From Vulcanimicrobiota bacterium (GTDB lineage: Bacteria > Vulcanimicrobiota > Vulcanimicrobiia > Vulcanimicrobiales > Vulcanimicrobiaceae): 64,000 bases of DNA. The notes under the pieces were generated by a model. It made no database searches, was not told the DNA's origin, and saw only the letters and a list, made by a program, of their open reading frames with translations. Below, piece after piece: positions 35,638 through 44,981 of this stretch (position 1 is the stretch's first letter; every line of letters starts with the position of its first letter). Made by a program: the position numbers and the translations under genes. Location: assembly GCA_963733295.1 (NCBI GenBank), contig CAVTCS010000015.1:1038-65037 (forward strand). Reading direction: 5' to 3'.

Positions 35638-36454
35638 GCTTCGCCGCGCCGCCGTCGTGACGTTTATACTCGCCACCGCGCTCGCCGCTTGTGGACGCCA
35701 AGTCACGCCGAATCCCTCAACCGCAAACCTCGACGGACGCATGGTCATCCAGTTTTCGACCCAAGGGCCGATGGATTTCGTCGACTTTAACTACGTCATC
35801 GTTCTCAACACGTGCGGGCTCAACGGCGAACCCTACCCGAACGCTTTCAATACGACTTTTTACAACTACTCGTACGCTTTCGTGCTCGGCGCCCAAACCG
35901 GCGGCCAATTCACCGCGCTCCCGACGCTGCTTCAATATCTGACAGCCGTCGGCACCACCAATCTCAATCCCCACTCCGTTCCGATTGGCCCGAGCACGGT
36001 CAACGCGGTCTATCCCTACAACGGCCAACCCAACACCTTCCAGATCACCTTCCTCCGATCGCAGCTGAACAATCCGCTCGGCGCAACTCCGGCGTGCCCG
36101 CCGGGAGGCGGCCCATCGCCCACTCCCGTGCCTTCAGTCTCACCGGCGCCCGGGCCCACCGCCACACCGAACTTCAACGTCAACGTCTGGTACGTCAATT
36201 TCTTCGTCGTCAATTCGGCCGGTGTGGTGCAAGACTCGCTGGGCGGACCGAACGATTCGTCGCAGTTCCAGTTCTCGTTCAACGTGACGCAGAATTTTGG
36301 ACAGCCGCTCCAACGGCTCGCCGGCGCAATGGGACCGAGCAATCAGGCCGCATTCATTACCGGCGGGCAGCTCAATAATTACGTCGCAAATCCCTCCACC
36401 TCGTCGCCCTCGACCTCGCCGTCGCCGTCACCATCGCCGTCACCGTCGCCGTAG
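35636..36454 (+). CDS. Hypothetical lipoprotein with C-terminal Ser/Pro repeat tail
   Basis: 272 aa. Lipobox LATALAAC. The tail is STSSPSTSPSPSPSPSPSP. No family recognised. Confidence 0.6.
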   Translation: MLRRAAVVTFILATALAACGRQVTPNPSTANLDGRMVIQFSTQGPMDFVDFNYVIVLNTCGLNGEPYPNAFNTTFYNYSYAFVLGAQTGGQFTALPTLLQYLTAVGTTNLNPHSVPIGPSTVNAVYPYNGQPNTFQITFLRSQLNNPLGATPACPPGGGPSPTPVPSVSPAPGPTATPNFNVNVWYVNFFVVNSAGVVQDSLGGPNDSSQFQFSFNVTQNFGQPLQRLAGAMGPSNQAAFITGGQLNNYVANPSTSSPSTSPSPSPSPSPSP

Positions 36455-36460
36455 CGCCCA

Positions 36461-39046
36461 CTAGTAGACAAAGCTCTGGGGCAGGATCGAAGACGACTGG
36501 TTTTGCCCTCCGAGCCCGATGCCGCCGCCGAGTCCCTGACTCGGGAATGCGAGAATCGTGACGGTGAAGAAAAATTGCTTGAGGTCCTGATTGTAGGCGA
36601 GCTGGAGTGAGTAGCACTTGCCGATGATCTTGTTGATGTAAACGTTCCTGTCGGCGAGCTTCGCCGGACCGTTGAGTTTCCAGTTCACGTTCGTCGAAAC
36701 CTGAAGGCTCGTATCGTAACCGAACGGCGTGATGAACTGGACGTTGGTCGTGCCGAAGCCTTGGCCTTGACCGGGTTGCCAGAAACCCCCGATCGAGAGG
36801 AAAGTCAGAATTGTGGGACGCGCGGTGATCTGATACGAGATCGGCTGCGCTTGCCGGTCGAAATCGGTTCCGGTCGAGAGCGAAACCGTGAAGAGATCGC
36901 GGTCGAAGAAGCGGATCGTATCCTGGGCGCCGTGAGCGCCGCCCGAGAGATGGTCGAGCAGCTGAAACGGGACGTCGGCCGGTCCGATCGGATTTTGCTC
37001 GTTGTACGTAATGGAGTTGACGATGTTCGATCCGATCGGCGTGTTGAGCGCCGCATTCTGCATCGCAAACGCTTTCTCGTCGCCCGTCGTGTACCAATCC
37101 TGGCGGATGCTGTAGTTGCCCGAGAAGTCGCTGTTGCCGAAAACCTTGAGGAAGATCGGCTGACTGTAGTAGAGTTCCGCGCGGCCCGCCGAGAACGCGT
37201 TTTGCGGCTCGGTGTAGAGACCGGCCGTGAACTGAATTTGCGGCTGCCAGGGTAGCCAAGCGAAGTTGTAGTGCGGCAAGATCTGCAGCTGGGGTTCGCT
37301 GTTGTAGCCGTAAGGGGTTTCCGTGTAATTGGTCTTGTCGTAGGTAAGATTGTAGTCGGCAAACTTCGTGAAGAGGTGGGTCAGGGTGTTGATGTGGAGC
37401 GTATCGGTCGTGGAAATCGCGCTGCTGAACTGCGTGTAGGTCAAGTTGATTTGCTGGTTGATGTCCGAACCGATCTGCATCGCGTCGATGAAACCGAAGT
37501 TGGTGTTGTCCGAGAGCGAGCCTTGCTCGAAACGGGAAATCGTAACGTTCTGAGTGCTGCGGTCGCCTTGGCGCACGATCGAGGCGGTGATGTTCTGACT
37601 GGCCGGCAGCGTGAGGTCGGGCCCGAAGTTGCCGGTGTAGGTGTATCCGAACTGACCTCGGATGCGCGACGAAAAGTTCTCCGTCTCCTGGAGGTTGAAG
37701 TTCGTCTGGCGCGCGTTTTGGACGTGGTTGTTGATCGTATAGGCGTCGATCGTTATGTATCTTCGATGGTTCTTGGTTCCGATGAACGCGGTGTAGCCGA
37801 GACCCAGGCCTTCCTTGGTGAAATACTCTACCCGGTAGTAACCGTAGTAGTATTCCGAATAGTAGAAGTCGAGACGCGCTTTGATGTAGTAGCCCTCGAC
37901 CGAATCGTAACCGATGACGGGAATGAAGCTCGTTTGCCGCCGCGGATCTTTGACGTTGCGTAGCGGGATGACCAGCAGCGGCAGGTAGAGGACGGCGAGC
38001 GGGCCGAGGAAGAGCACCGCCTTGTGGGCGACGAGCTTGTCGCCCGGATAGATGTCGAGCTCCCGCGCCTCGATGTGATAGCCGCCGTGGGGGTTCTCGC
38101 ACGTCGTGAAGGACGCGCGCTGGCCGTGGCTGACGCCGCTCGAGGCCGCGTCCAAGCGTTGCGCGGTGTAGTGGAGTTTGCCGGTTTGAACGCCTTCGGT
38201 CGTCTCGCCGCGTCCGTTGATCAGCAGCGCCTTGCGCGTGCGCGTGTCGAACTCGATTTCGTCTCCGTAGAGAATCGTGTCTTCGAGGTGATTGATGAGG
38301 TAAGGGTTCCCGGTGACCTTGACGGTGTGGTCGCCGTCGAAGTGCGCGCGCTCGCCGACGATCTGGCCCTCTTGGTAGAAGATGTGCACGTTGCCGATGA
38401 GGTCACCCGGCTGGCCCCCTTCGGTCGAGCCGGCGAGCCGGTCGGCGATGGCCACGACGGAATTCGGCGCGAGCGTGCGCAGCGGTGAAGGTGAGACTGC
38501 GGGCGTCGGCGTCGGCGGCGGAACCGGCGTCGGCGGAGCGCCTTTGAGCGGAATTGCCGGCGGGGTGCTCGAGGTGTCGAGGTAGATCGGTCCCGGCGAC
38601 GGCGACGCCGTCGGCGTCGGCAAGGGCGGCGGCGTGACGACCGGTGACCCGATCGGCGTCGGCGGGATCAGCGAGCCCGGAAAGTGCGGCGCCGGCGGAA
38701 TCGGAACGAGACTCGGGCTTGGACTCGGACTCGGGCTCGGCGTGGATGTCGCGGCTTGATCGGTTGCGGTGGCTGTCGCAGAAGGCGTTTCGGTGGGCAC
38801 GGATTGGTAGGCGAGCACGCGCGCGACGTGCGAACGGCTCGGCACGCTCGCGCTCGCGGCGGCTTGCGTGCCGGAAGAGCTCTTATGCTTCGGAAGCCCG
38901 CAACCGCTCTCGTCCATCGCCTTGAGCACGCGCGGGTCGACGCCTTGTTGCGATTGTTGCGGCACCGCGGCCGAGACCGGACGCAGCGCCCCCGCTCCAA
39001 ACGTCAGCACGAGGAGGAGCGCCGTCGCGGCGCGCGCGCGACGCAC
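36461..39046 (-). CDS. lptD: LPS-assembly outer membrane protein LptD (OstA family) with long Pro/Ser/Thr-rich linker
   Basis: OstA-like N-terminal domain (HIFYQEGQIVGERAHFDGDHTVKVTGNPYLINHLEDTILYGDEIEFD). A large Tyr/Asn/Thr-rich beta-barrel ends in ...LPQSFVY. GTG 39046 is preferred because the listed start would overlap lptF/G by 64 nt. Confidence 0.75.
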   Translation of the reverse strand: MRRARAATALLLVLTFGAGALRPVSAAVPQQSQQGVDPRVLKAMDESGCGLPKHKSSSGTQAAASASVPSRSHVARVLAYQSVPTETPSATATATDQAATSTPSPSPSPSPSLVPIPPAPHFPGSLIPPTPIGSPVVTPPPLPTPTASPSPGPIYLDTSSTPPAIPLKGAPPTPVPPPTPTPAVSPSPLRTLAPNSVVAIADRLAGSTEGGQPGDLIGNVHIFYQEGQIVGERAHFDGDHTVKVTGNPYLINHLEDTILYGDEIEFDTRTRKALLINGRGETTEGVQTGKLHYTAQRLDAASSGVSHGQRASFTTCENPHGGYHIEARELDIYPGDKLVAHKAVLFLGPLAVLYLPLLVIPLRNVKDPRRQTSFIPVIGYDSVEGYYIKARLDFYYSEYYYGYYRVEYFTKEGLGLGYTAFIGTKNHRRYITIDAYTINNHVQNARQTNFNLQETENFSSRIRGQFGYTYTGNFGPDLTLPASQNITASIVRQGDRSTQNVTISRFEQGSLSDNTNFGFIDAMQIGSDINQQINLTYTQFSSAISTTDTLHINTLTHLFTKFADYNLTYDKTNYTETPYGYNSEPQLQILPHYNFAWLPWQPQIQFTAGLYTEPQNAFSAGRAELYYSQPIFLKVFGNSDFSGNYSIRQDWYTTGDEKAFAMQNAALNTPIGSNIVNSITYNEQNPIGPADVPFQLLDHLSGGAHGAQDTIRFFDRDLFTVSLSTGTDFDRQAQPISYQITARPTILTFLSIGGFWQPGQGQGFGTTNVQFITPFGYDTSLQVSTNVNWKLNGPAKLADRNVYINKIIGKCYSLQLAYNQDLKQFFFTVTILAFPSQGLGGGIGLGGQNQSSSILPQSFVY

Positions 39047-39054
39047 CTGAACGG

Positions 39055-40212
39055 TCAGCGCTCGACCCGGCGAAACAGAATTGCGCCGGCGACTCCTAAG
39101 ATCAGGTTCGGAATCCACGACGCGAGATAGGGGTTGAGCGCCTCATTTTTTCCGAGTGCGGCGAACGCCGACATGATCAAGTAGTACACGAAGAAGAGCA
39201 AGATCGAAAGCGCGATTCCGAGCGTGCGGCCTTTCTTGCCGAAGGTTGCGGCAAGCGGCAACGCGATCACGACGGCGATCATCGAGGCGAACGGCAGAGC
39301 TAGCTTCTGAGCCAGCGTGATCTTGAGGACGTCCAGCGCCTGACCGCCTTGCCCGGTGTTCTGCATCGCGTGGATCTGGCCCGAAAGTTGCTTCGAGTTC
39401 ATCGTGTACGCGTCGTTCTGCGCGGTATTGAGGAACTGGTCGATCGTTTCGCCGAGCGGCAGCCCGATGTCGACCGTCTTGCTCTTGATCCCGCCGTTGA
39501 ACTCGCCGGTCGGCTTGAATTCGGTGACTCGCGCGTCGACGAGATGCAACGTCTGCCCCACGACGATGGCCCTCTGAGCGTTGATGACGCGCCGGAACGG
39601 ACTGTTCGTGGCCTGTTCGAAAATCATGACGTCGTCCATCGTCTTGTGGTCTTCCTCGACGTTTCCGACGTAGAACACGTTGCCGGTCGCATCGTCTTTG
39701 CGGAAGAACTGGGGCAGGATCGGCAACTCGGCGGTGTGATAGACGATCTGATAGAAGGTCCGCGTCGAGAGTTCGACGGCTTTCGGCGCGACCGTATCGT
39801 TGATGAAGTACGAGAGACCGAACATCGCGAGGCCCAAAATGAGCGGCGTGGCACAGATCCGCAGGAACGGAACTCCCGACGTGCGCAGCGCCGTAATCTC
39901 GTTGTCCGCTGCCAGCCGCCCGAAGGCGAGCAGCGTCCCGAAGAGGCAGGCGAACGGGAACGCGTACGGCGTGCACTGCGGAACGCGGAAAATAAGGAAG
40001 CGCAGCAGCAAGATGGCCGGCGCGTGCGCGTTGATGATGTAGTCGGCCGCCAAGAAAAAGATGTTGACGATCCAGAACAGCAAGAACGCGGCCAGCGAGA
40101 AACCGAACGGCCCCGCTAGTTCTTTGAGGATGTAGCTGTCGAGGATCGGCAAACGCCGGCCGAAGTGCATCGGCACGAGCGGTGCTGCACGAACGCTCTG
40201 AACCGTAGCCAC
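39055..40212 (-). CDS. LPS export ABC transporter permease, LptF/LptG (YjgP/YjgQ) family
   Basis: 385 aa. Contains YILKELAGPFGFSLAAFLLFWIVN, has six TM helices with a periplasmic beta-jellyroll insert, and ends ...AGAILFRRVER. Confidence 0.82.
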   Translation of the reverse strand: MATVQSVRAAPLVPMHFGRRLPILDSYILKELAGPFGFSLAAFLLFWIVNIFFLAADYIINAHAPAILLLRFLIFRVPQCTPYAFPFACLFGTLLAFGRLAADNEITALRTSGVPFLRICATPLILGLAMFGLSYFINDTVAPKAVELSTRTFYQIVYHTAELPILPQFFRKDDATGNVFYVGNVEEDHKTMDDVMIFEQATNSPFRRVINAQRAIVVGQTLHLVDARVTEFKPTGEFNGGIKSKTVDIGLPLGETIDQFLNTAQNDAYTMNSKQLSGQIHAMQNTGQGGQALDVLKITLAQKLALPFASMIAVVIALPLAATFGKKGRTLGIALSILLFFVYYLIMSAFAALGKNEALNPYLASWIPNLILGVAGAILFRRVER

Positions 40213-40218
40213 GGCGGC

Positions 40219-40698
40219 CTAAAAGATCGGCGTCGAGCGAAGCGCGGCTGAGACGCGTGCCACGTAGGCGCGCGTTTCTGAGAAAGGCGGTACGCCGCGC
40301 GACGCATCGACCGCGCCCGGACCCGCGTTATAAGCGGCCAACGCAAGCGGCACGTTGTTATGGTAGCGGACGAGCAGATCGTGCAAGTACCGGCAGCCTC
40401 CCGACACGTTTTCCTCAGGATCAAAACGGTTGGAAACGCCGTATGTGACGGCCGTCGCGGGCATTAACTGCATCAGCCCCGCGGCCCCGGCGGCGCTGAC
40501 GGCGCTCGGGTCGCCGTGCGACTCAACATCGATCATCGCCGTGACGAGCGTCGGCGAGACGTGGGCGCGCAGCGATTCGGTGGCGACCAAGCGACGGATT
40601 TCCGCTGAGGGCATGCTGTGAGCGGACGGAATAAGCCCCCCGGCACTGCAGCCGAAGAGCGCCCCGAGCGCAACTGCGGCGGCGGCTATCCTGATCAC
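40219..40698 (-). CDS. Lytic transglycosylase (SLT domain) lipoprotein-like
   Basis: About 159 aa from GTG 40698. Signal/lipobox ALGALFGCS. SLT motif IDVESHGDPSAVSAAGAAGLMQLMP...AYNAGPGAV. The remainder of listed ORF 40219..41451 is Arg-rich. Confidence 0.8.
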   Translation of the reverse strand: MIRIAAAAVALGALFGCSAGGLIPSAHSMPSAEIRRLVATESLRAHVSPTLVTAMIDVESHGDPSAVSAAGAAGLMQLMPATAVTYGVSNRFDPEENVSGGCRYLHDLLVRYHNNVPLALAAYNAGPGAVDASRGVPPFSETRAYVARVSAALRSTPIF

Positions 40699-40769
40699 GC
40701 ACGCCCTAGCTTCGTCGGCCGGCGGCCTCAGCCTCCGGCTCCCCTTGCGCCGCGCCCGAAGTGTGGCGC

Positions 40770-41780
40770 TCAAAGCTCCATCCTCACGACCGCCGCGCCG
40801 TCGATCTGGTCGGCTTTGACCGCGCGCAGCGCCGCGTTCACGTCGCTGAGAGCGAAGACCGTGGCGCGCGGCTGCAGATCGATCTCGGCGGCAAGCGCGA
40901 GGAAGTCGCGCGCATCGACGCGGGTCATGTTGGTAACGCTGCGGATCTCGCGCTCGCCCCACAACAGCGAGTCGTAGTCGAACTCCGGCATGCGATCCAG
41001 ATGGATCGCGTTGATCGCGACGACGCCGCCTTTGCGCAGCGCGCCGAGCGCCGCGACGACAACCTCGCCCGCGGGCGCGAACGTCACCGCACGATCCAGC
41101 GCTTGCGGCGGACGCTCGAGCGCGGCGCCGATCCAATCCGCGCCGAGGCTTTCGGCAAAGTCGCGGTGTTTCTCGCCGCGCGTCGCAACCGCGACCTTGC
41201 AGCCCCACGCTTTGAGCACCGGTAGCGCGAGGTGGGCCGAGGCGCCGAAGCCGTACAACCCCACGAATTCCCCGGGCCGCACGCCTGCAACGCGCAGCGC
41301 GCGGAAGCCGATGATGCCGGCGCAGAGCAGCGGCGCCGCATGCAGGTCGTCGAGCTTTCCCGGAATGGGATACGTGAAGTCGGCGCGCGCGACGGCGTGC
41401 GTCGCGTAACCGCCGTCGACGTCGTACCCGGTAAAAACCGGCGCGTCGCACAGATTCTCGCGCCCCTCACGACAGAAGCGGCACGTTCCGTCGGTGCCTC
41501 CGAGCCACGAAACGCCGAGACGCGTGCCGGCCGCGTAGTCCACGCCTGCGCCGCCGGCGACGACCGATCCGACGATCTGATGACCGGGCACGATCGAGGA
41601 ATGACGTGCGGGCAGTTCGCCCTCGACGATGTGCAGGTCGGTGCGACAGACTCCGCAGGCGCGAACGCGGAGCAAGACCTGACCCGGCGCGGGCGCGGGA
41701 AGTTCGCGCTCCTCGAGCACGAGCCGATCCTGCGCGATCGGGCCCGGCGCATGCAAAACTGCGGCTGTCACGACTCCCAT
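40770..41780 (-). CDS. Zinc-dependent alcohol dehydrogenase (MDR family)
   Basis: 336 aa from ATG 41780, with GGGAG 6 nt upstream. Motifs GVCRTDLHIVEGE and GLYGFGASAH (Rossmann). Confidence 0.88.
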   Translation of the reverse strand: MGVVTAAVLHAPGPIAQDRLVLEERELPAPAPGQVLLRVRACGVCRTDLHIVEGELPARHSSIVPGHQIVGSVVAGGAGVDYAAGTRLGVSWLGGTDGTCRFCREGRENLCDAPVFTGYDVDGGYATHAVARADFTYPIPGKLDDLHAAPLLCAGIIGFRALRVAGVRPGEFVGLYGFGASAHLALPVLKAWGCKVAVATRGEKHRDFAESLGADWIGAALERPPQALDRAVTFAPAGEVVVAALGALRKGGVVAINAIHLDRMPEFDYDSLLWGEREIRSVTNMTRVDARDFLALAAEIDLQPRATVFALSDVNAALRAVKADQIDGAAVVRMEL

Positions 41781-41863
41781 GCTTCGCTCCCAGTCCAAAA
41801 AATTCGCGCACCTTCAATAGACAAGGGGACTACTCTCGCCAGCGGCTTGCATTTCGACTAAGG

Positions 41864-42712
41864 ATGCCTATGAATCTCATCCCTGCTTTGCTGCGCCTGG
41901 GCTTCTCGGAATACGAGGCGCGGACGTACGTCGCACTCGTCCGGCGCAATCCGCTCAACGGTTACGAGCTGGCCCGCGAGGCCGGGATTCCCCGAGCCAA
42001 CATCTATTCGGTGCTCGAGCGGCTGGAGGAACGGCGGGCCGTCCTGCGCTCCGAAGGAACGACGGCGATCCGCTACGCTCCCGTACCCGCGCCGGAGCTT
42101 CTCGACCGGCTGGGCTCCGAGTACGCCGGGCTCGCCCAGGCCGCGAAGCACGACCTCGAAGGTTTGGGCGCCGCGCCCGACTTTGCGGAGGTCTGGAACG
42201 CGAAAGGCTACGCGGCGCTGCTCGACCAGGCACGCGCCGCCATCCGAGCGGCACAGCGAACGCTCTTGATCGCGGTGGCGCCGGCTGAAGCCTCGGCGCT
42301 CGCCGAGGACATGCGGCTCATCGAGGCACGGGGCGTCGCTATCACGACGCTGTGCGTGGCGGCCTGCGCCGCCGAGTGCGGTTCGTGCCTCGGGCAGATC
42401 TATCGCTACAACGCATTGCCCGATCGGCATCCGCGTTGGCTCATCGTGCTCGCCGACGAATCGGTTCTCGTCGCCGGCGAAGTCACTTCGAAAAACGACG
42501 CCAGCGTGCTGCGCACGACGCACAAGCTCGTCGTGGAACTTGCGAGCGCTTACATCCGGCACAGCATCGCGCTCGCAACGATCACGGAAGATCTCGACGA
42601 TCGACTCGAACAGCAACTCAGTCTGCGAACGAAATCCGTCCTCGGCAGTCTCGGGCCCATCGGCAGCAGCGAGGGTTTTCTCGAATACCTCAACCGTCTT
42701 TTACGAAAGTAA
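41864..42712 (+). CDS. TrmB-family transcriptional regulator
   Basis: Winged-helix N-terminus LGFSEYEARTYVALVRRNPLNGYELAREAGIPRANIYSVLERLEERRAV. The ATG at 41864 or 41870 follows AAGGA. Confidence 0.8.
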   Translation: MPMNLIPALLRLGFSEYEARTYVALVRRNPLNGYELAREAGIPRANIYSVLERLEERRAVLRSEGTTAIRYAPVPAPELLDRLGSEYAGLAQAAKHDLEGLGAAPDFAEVWNAKGYAALLDQARAAIRAAQRTLLIAVAPAEASALAEDMRLIEARGVAITTLCVAACAAECGSCLGQIYRYNALPDRHPRWLIVLADESVLVAGEVTSKNDASVLRTTHKLVVELASAYIRHSIALATITEDLDDRLEQQLSLRTKSVLGSLGPIGSSEGFLEYLNRLLRK

Positions 42713-42722
42713 GGAGTTTTCT

Positions 42723-42952
42723 ATGTCTCGAATTTCCCGGTCCACGCTCCTGGGAGCTTCCTCGGCGATCGCCTTGGTCGGCCCCGCCTTAATGAAGAAC
42801 TTCCTCGCCGCCGCCGAAGCTGCCGGCGAAAGCGACGTCAACTGGCACAAGTCTCCGCCTCCATTCTCGGCAACGAGACGACCCATGTCGCGATCTTAGC
42901 GCAAAGCCTCGGTTTAGGAACCGAACCCTACAAGGGCGGCTTCGTAAGCTAA
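42723..42952 (+). pseudogene. Remnant of a secreted ferritin-like-domain protein gene (signal peptide fused out of frame to a C-terminal fragment)
   Basis: Frame A reads MSRISRSTLLGASSAIALVGPALMKNFLAAAEAAGESDV... and then degenerates. A second frame reads ...LAQVSASILGNETTHVAILAQSLGLGTEPYKGGFVS*. Together they span about 75 codons, where such proteins are usually several-fold longer. Confidence 0.3.
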
Positions 42953-42966
42953 TTCGGGTCGATCCG

Positions 42967-44253
42967 CTATTCGAGCGAGAGGAGGTCGATCGTCACCTGC
43001 GAGCGCGGCGTTCGACCTCGACCTGCGGCGCGATACGCGATGACGACGTTCGTCGCCATCGCAACCCATGCGGTGAAACCGGAGAGTGCCGCGACGCGCA
43101 GAAGCGGCGCATCGCTTCGGACGAGCGCCAGGGCGCCGCAGACGACGGCAATCTGAAAGAGACCGAACGATATCCAACTCAATGGCAAGTTCAAGAGCTC
43201 GCCGGGACGGGTTTCGTCTTCGTCGCCGCGCACCATCGTCGCGACGAGTCGGATTCCGATGTGGTACAGGTGACCGTTGACCATCTGGCCGATCCAACCG
43301 ACGAGCAGAACGTAGACGGCGGCTGCGCCCGCGCCGCTGCCGGATCCGGCGAGCGCGGCCGCCAAACTCGCGATGCCGGCGAGCAGCCACAGCATGCCGG
43401 CCGCGAGAAACGCCTGCGGCGGGCGATGCGGCACCGTCGCTCGAGACAGGACGTCGAGCACGTCCGCAACGTAGACGAGTGCGCCGGCGAGCACGAATGC
43501 GAAACCGGCCCAGACGATCGCCGGAGTCTGCAAAGCGACTCCGAGGATGAAGCCCACCATCCCGACGAACTCGAGCGCGCCGGCGGTCCGGTGCGCGAAG
43601 GCCCAGCGCGAGCGCGCGCCGGAGATCGGGCGCACCGTGCGCGTCGATACGCCCATCACGAGAGTCGTGAGCCAGCCGATGATTCCGAGCGATGCATGGA
43701 TCGGCGGTCCGTTCGTCTCCAAGCGCGGCGGCAGCCATCCGCCGAGTGCGTACGCCAACGCGACGCCGAGGACCGCCGCGAACAACAAGGACGTGAGCGT
43801 GATCGACATGACGCGCGCGACGACCGACGCGACGCGGTCCGCTCCGGTTATCGCGGCCGCTAGCGTCCAGGCTGCCGGGATCGCGTACGCGGCGAGGCCG
43901 AGTAGGACGAGCGTCGCGCTCCACGGCAAGGCCCAAGCGGCGCCCTTCAAAAACGCGACTACCAGCAACGCTACGCCCACGCCGTAGAAGCCGAGAGCGC
44001 CGCGCGCAAACGTCTCGCCTTTCCACCCAACTTCGGTGAAGGTCGGAATCACGTGCACGAGGACCGAAAGCGCGATCATCGTAAGCCAGCCGAGCGCCAC
44101 GAGGTGCACCCACGCGAGCGCCGGGAGATCGAACCCGAACGAATTTCGCGACGCCAGGAAAAACAAGAGCAGCCAGGACAGGCCGTGCGCCGCGAAGCCG
44201 GCGACGAGACCGCCCGGCGGAATCCACGGACGCTGCGCGGCCGGCGCGCTCAT
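42967..44253 (-). CDS. Polytopic membrane protein, NnrS/heme-copper-oxidase-subunit-I-like
   Basis: 428 aa with about 12 TM helices and repeated His motifs in helices (HLVALGWLTMIALSVLVHVIP, HASLGIIGWLTTLVMG, GQMVNGHLYHIG). The family assignment is tentative. Confidence 0.45.
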   Translation of the reverse strand: MSAPAAQRPWIPPGGLVAGFAAHGLSWLLLFFLASRNSFGFDLPALAWVHLVALGWLTMIALSVLVHVIPTFTEVGWKGETFARGALGFYGVGVALLVVAFLKGAAWALPWSATLVLLGLAAYAIPAAWTLAAAITGADRVASVVARVMSITLTSLLFAAVLGVALAYALGGWLPPRLETNGPPIHASLGIIGWLTTLVMGVSTRTVRPISGARSRWAFAHRTAGALEFVGMVGFILGVALQTPAIVWAGFAFVLAGALVYVADVLDVLSRATVPHRPPQAFLAAGMLWLLAGIASLAAALAGSGSGAGAAAVYVLLVGWIGQMVNGHLYHIGIRLVATMVRGDEDETRPGELLNLPLSWISFGLFQIAVVCGALALVRSDAPLLRVAALSGFTAWVAMATNVVIAYRAAGRGRTPRSQVTIDLLSLE

Positions 44254-44312
44254 GGCCGGTGCTCCGCAGCGTCACGCAGAAATGACGCGGCTACGTGGAT
44301 AACGAGTCTCGT

Positions 44313-44456
44313 ATGGATGAATCCGCGCAAGAGCCGATCGGCGATCCGGCGTGTTGGCTCGATTTGATTTGCCCGGAGTGCGGTGCGATGTTGGGCGACG
44401 GGGCGGCCCACCGGCCCGAGTGTACCGAAAGCCACACCGGCCCGGTTTCGTCGTGA
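44313..44456 (+). CDS. Unlisted 47-aa Cys-containing micro-protein (zinc-ribbon-like)
   Basis: My own translation gives MDESAQEPIGDPACWLDLICPECGAMLGDGAAHRPECTESHTGPVSS. It ends 9 nt before the next gene. No clear SD. Confidence 0.3.
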   Translation: MDESAQEPIGDPACWLDLICPECGAMLGDGAAHRPECTESHTGPVSS

Positions 44457-44465
44457 GGAAACGCG

Positions 44466-44918
44466 ATGCCTCATGAAGCGCGCCTCTTCGTAAAGACCGC
44501 ACTGCTCTATTTCGTCGGAACCTTCGCAGCCGGTGCGATCCTTGCGATTCTCGAGGCTAGCCGCGTTCCCGTGCCGGTCATCTGGACGATCTTGCACGCG
44601 CATCTCGGGTCGGTCGGCTGGTTGTCGAACCTCGTCATCGGCATCGCGTTGTGGATGCTGCCGCTCAACCGGGAGCGCTTTCCGGAAACGCAGGGACGCT
44701 ATCCGGCATGGGCTCCGCTCCTTTGCTACGCGTTGCTGAACGGGGGGCTGCTCCTGAGGCTCGTCGCGGAACCGTGGATGGTTTCCGGGGGCGGAACTCC
44801 TGCGGCAATTTCCTTCGCGCTCTCGGGCGTGGCGCAGATGGCGGGGGTCATCGTCTTTGCCGCGATCGCTTGGCAGCGCGTGCGTCCGCCGGCACGCCCC
44901 GCGCCGGGCGTACGCTGA
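44466..44918 (+). CDS. Four-helix membrane protein sharing the H-x-LG-x2-GW motif with the 42967..44253 product
   Basis: 150 aa. Contains HAHLGSVGWLSNLVIGIALWMLP. AGGAA lies 6 nt upstream of the ATG. Confidence 0.55.
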   Translation: MPHEARLFVKTALLYFVGTFAAGAILAILEASRVPVPVIWTILHAHLGSVGWLSNLVIGIALWMLPLNRERFPETQGRYPAWAPLLCYALLNGGLLLRLVAEPWMVSGGGTPAAISFALSGVAQMAGVIVFAAIAWQRVRPPARPAPGVR

Positions 44919-44981
44919 CCGCCCCCGGGGGCGCAGGCTCCGCGTAACCGCAGCGTAACCGGATTCCGTAGCCTAAGGTCC

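Noticed and set aside
36385-36451. Short-period repeats (tcgccg-like) at 36385..36451, 24712..24795 and 38470..38760, considered as a CRISPR array or non-coding satellite.
   Set aside because: The period is 6 nt with no spacers, and the repeats lie in frame inside ORFs encoding Ser/Pro linkers. No cas genes are present.
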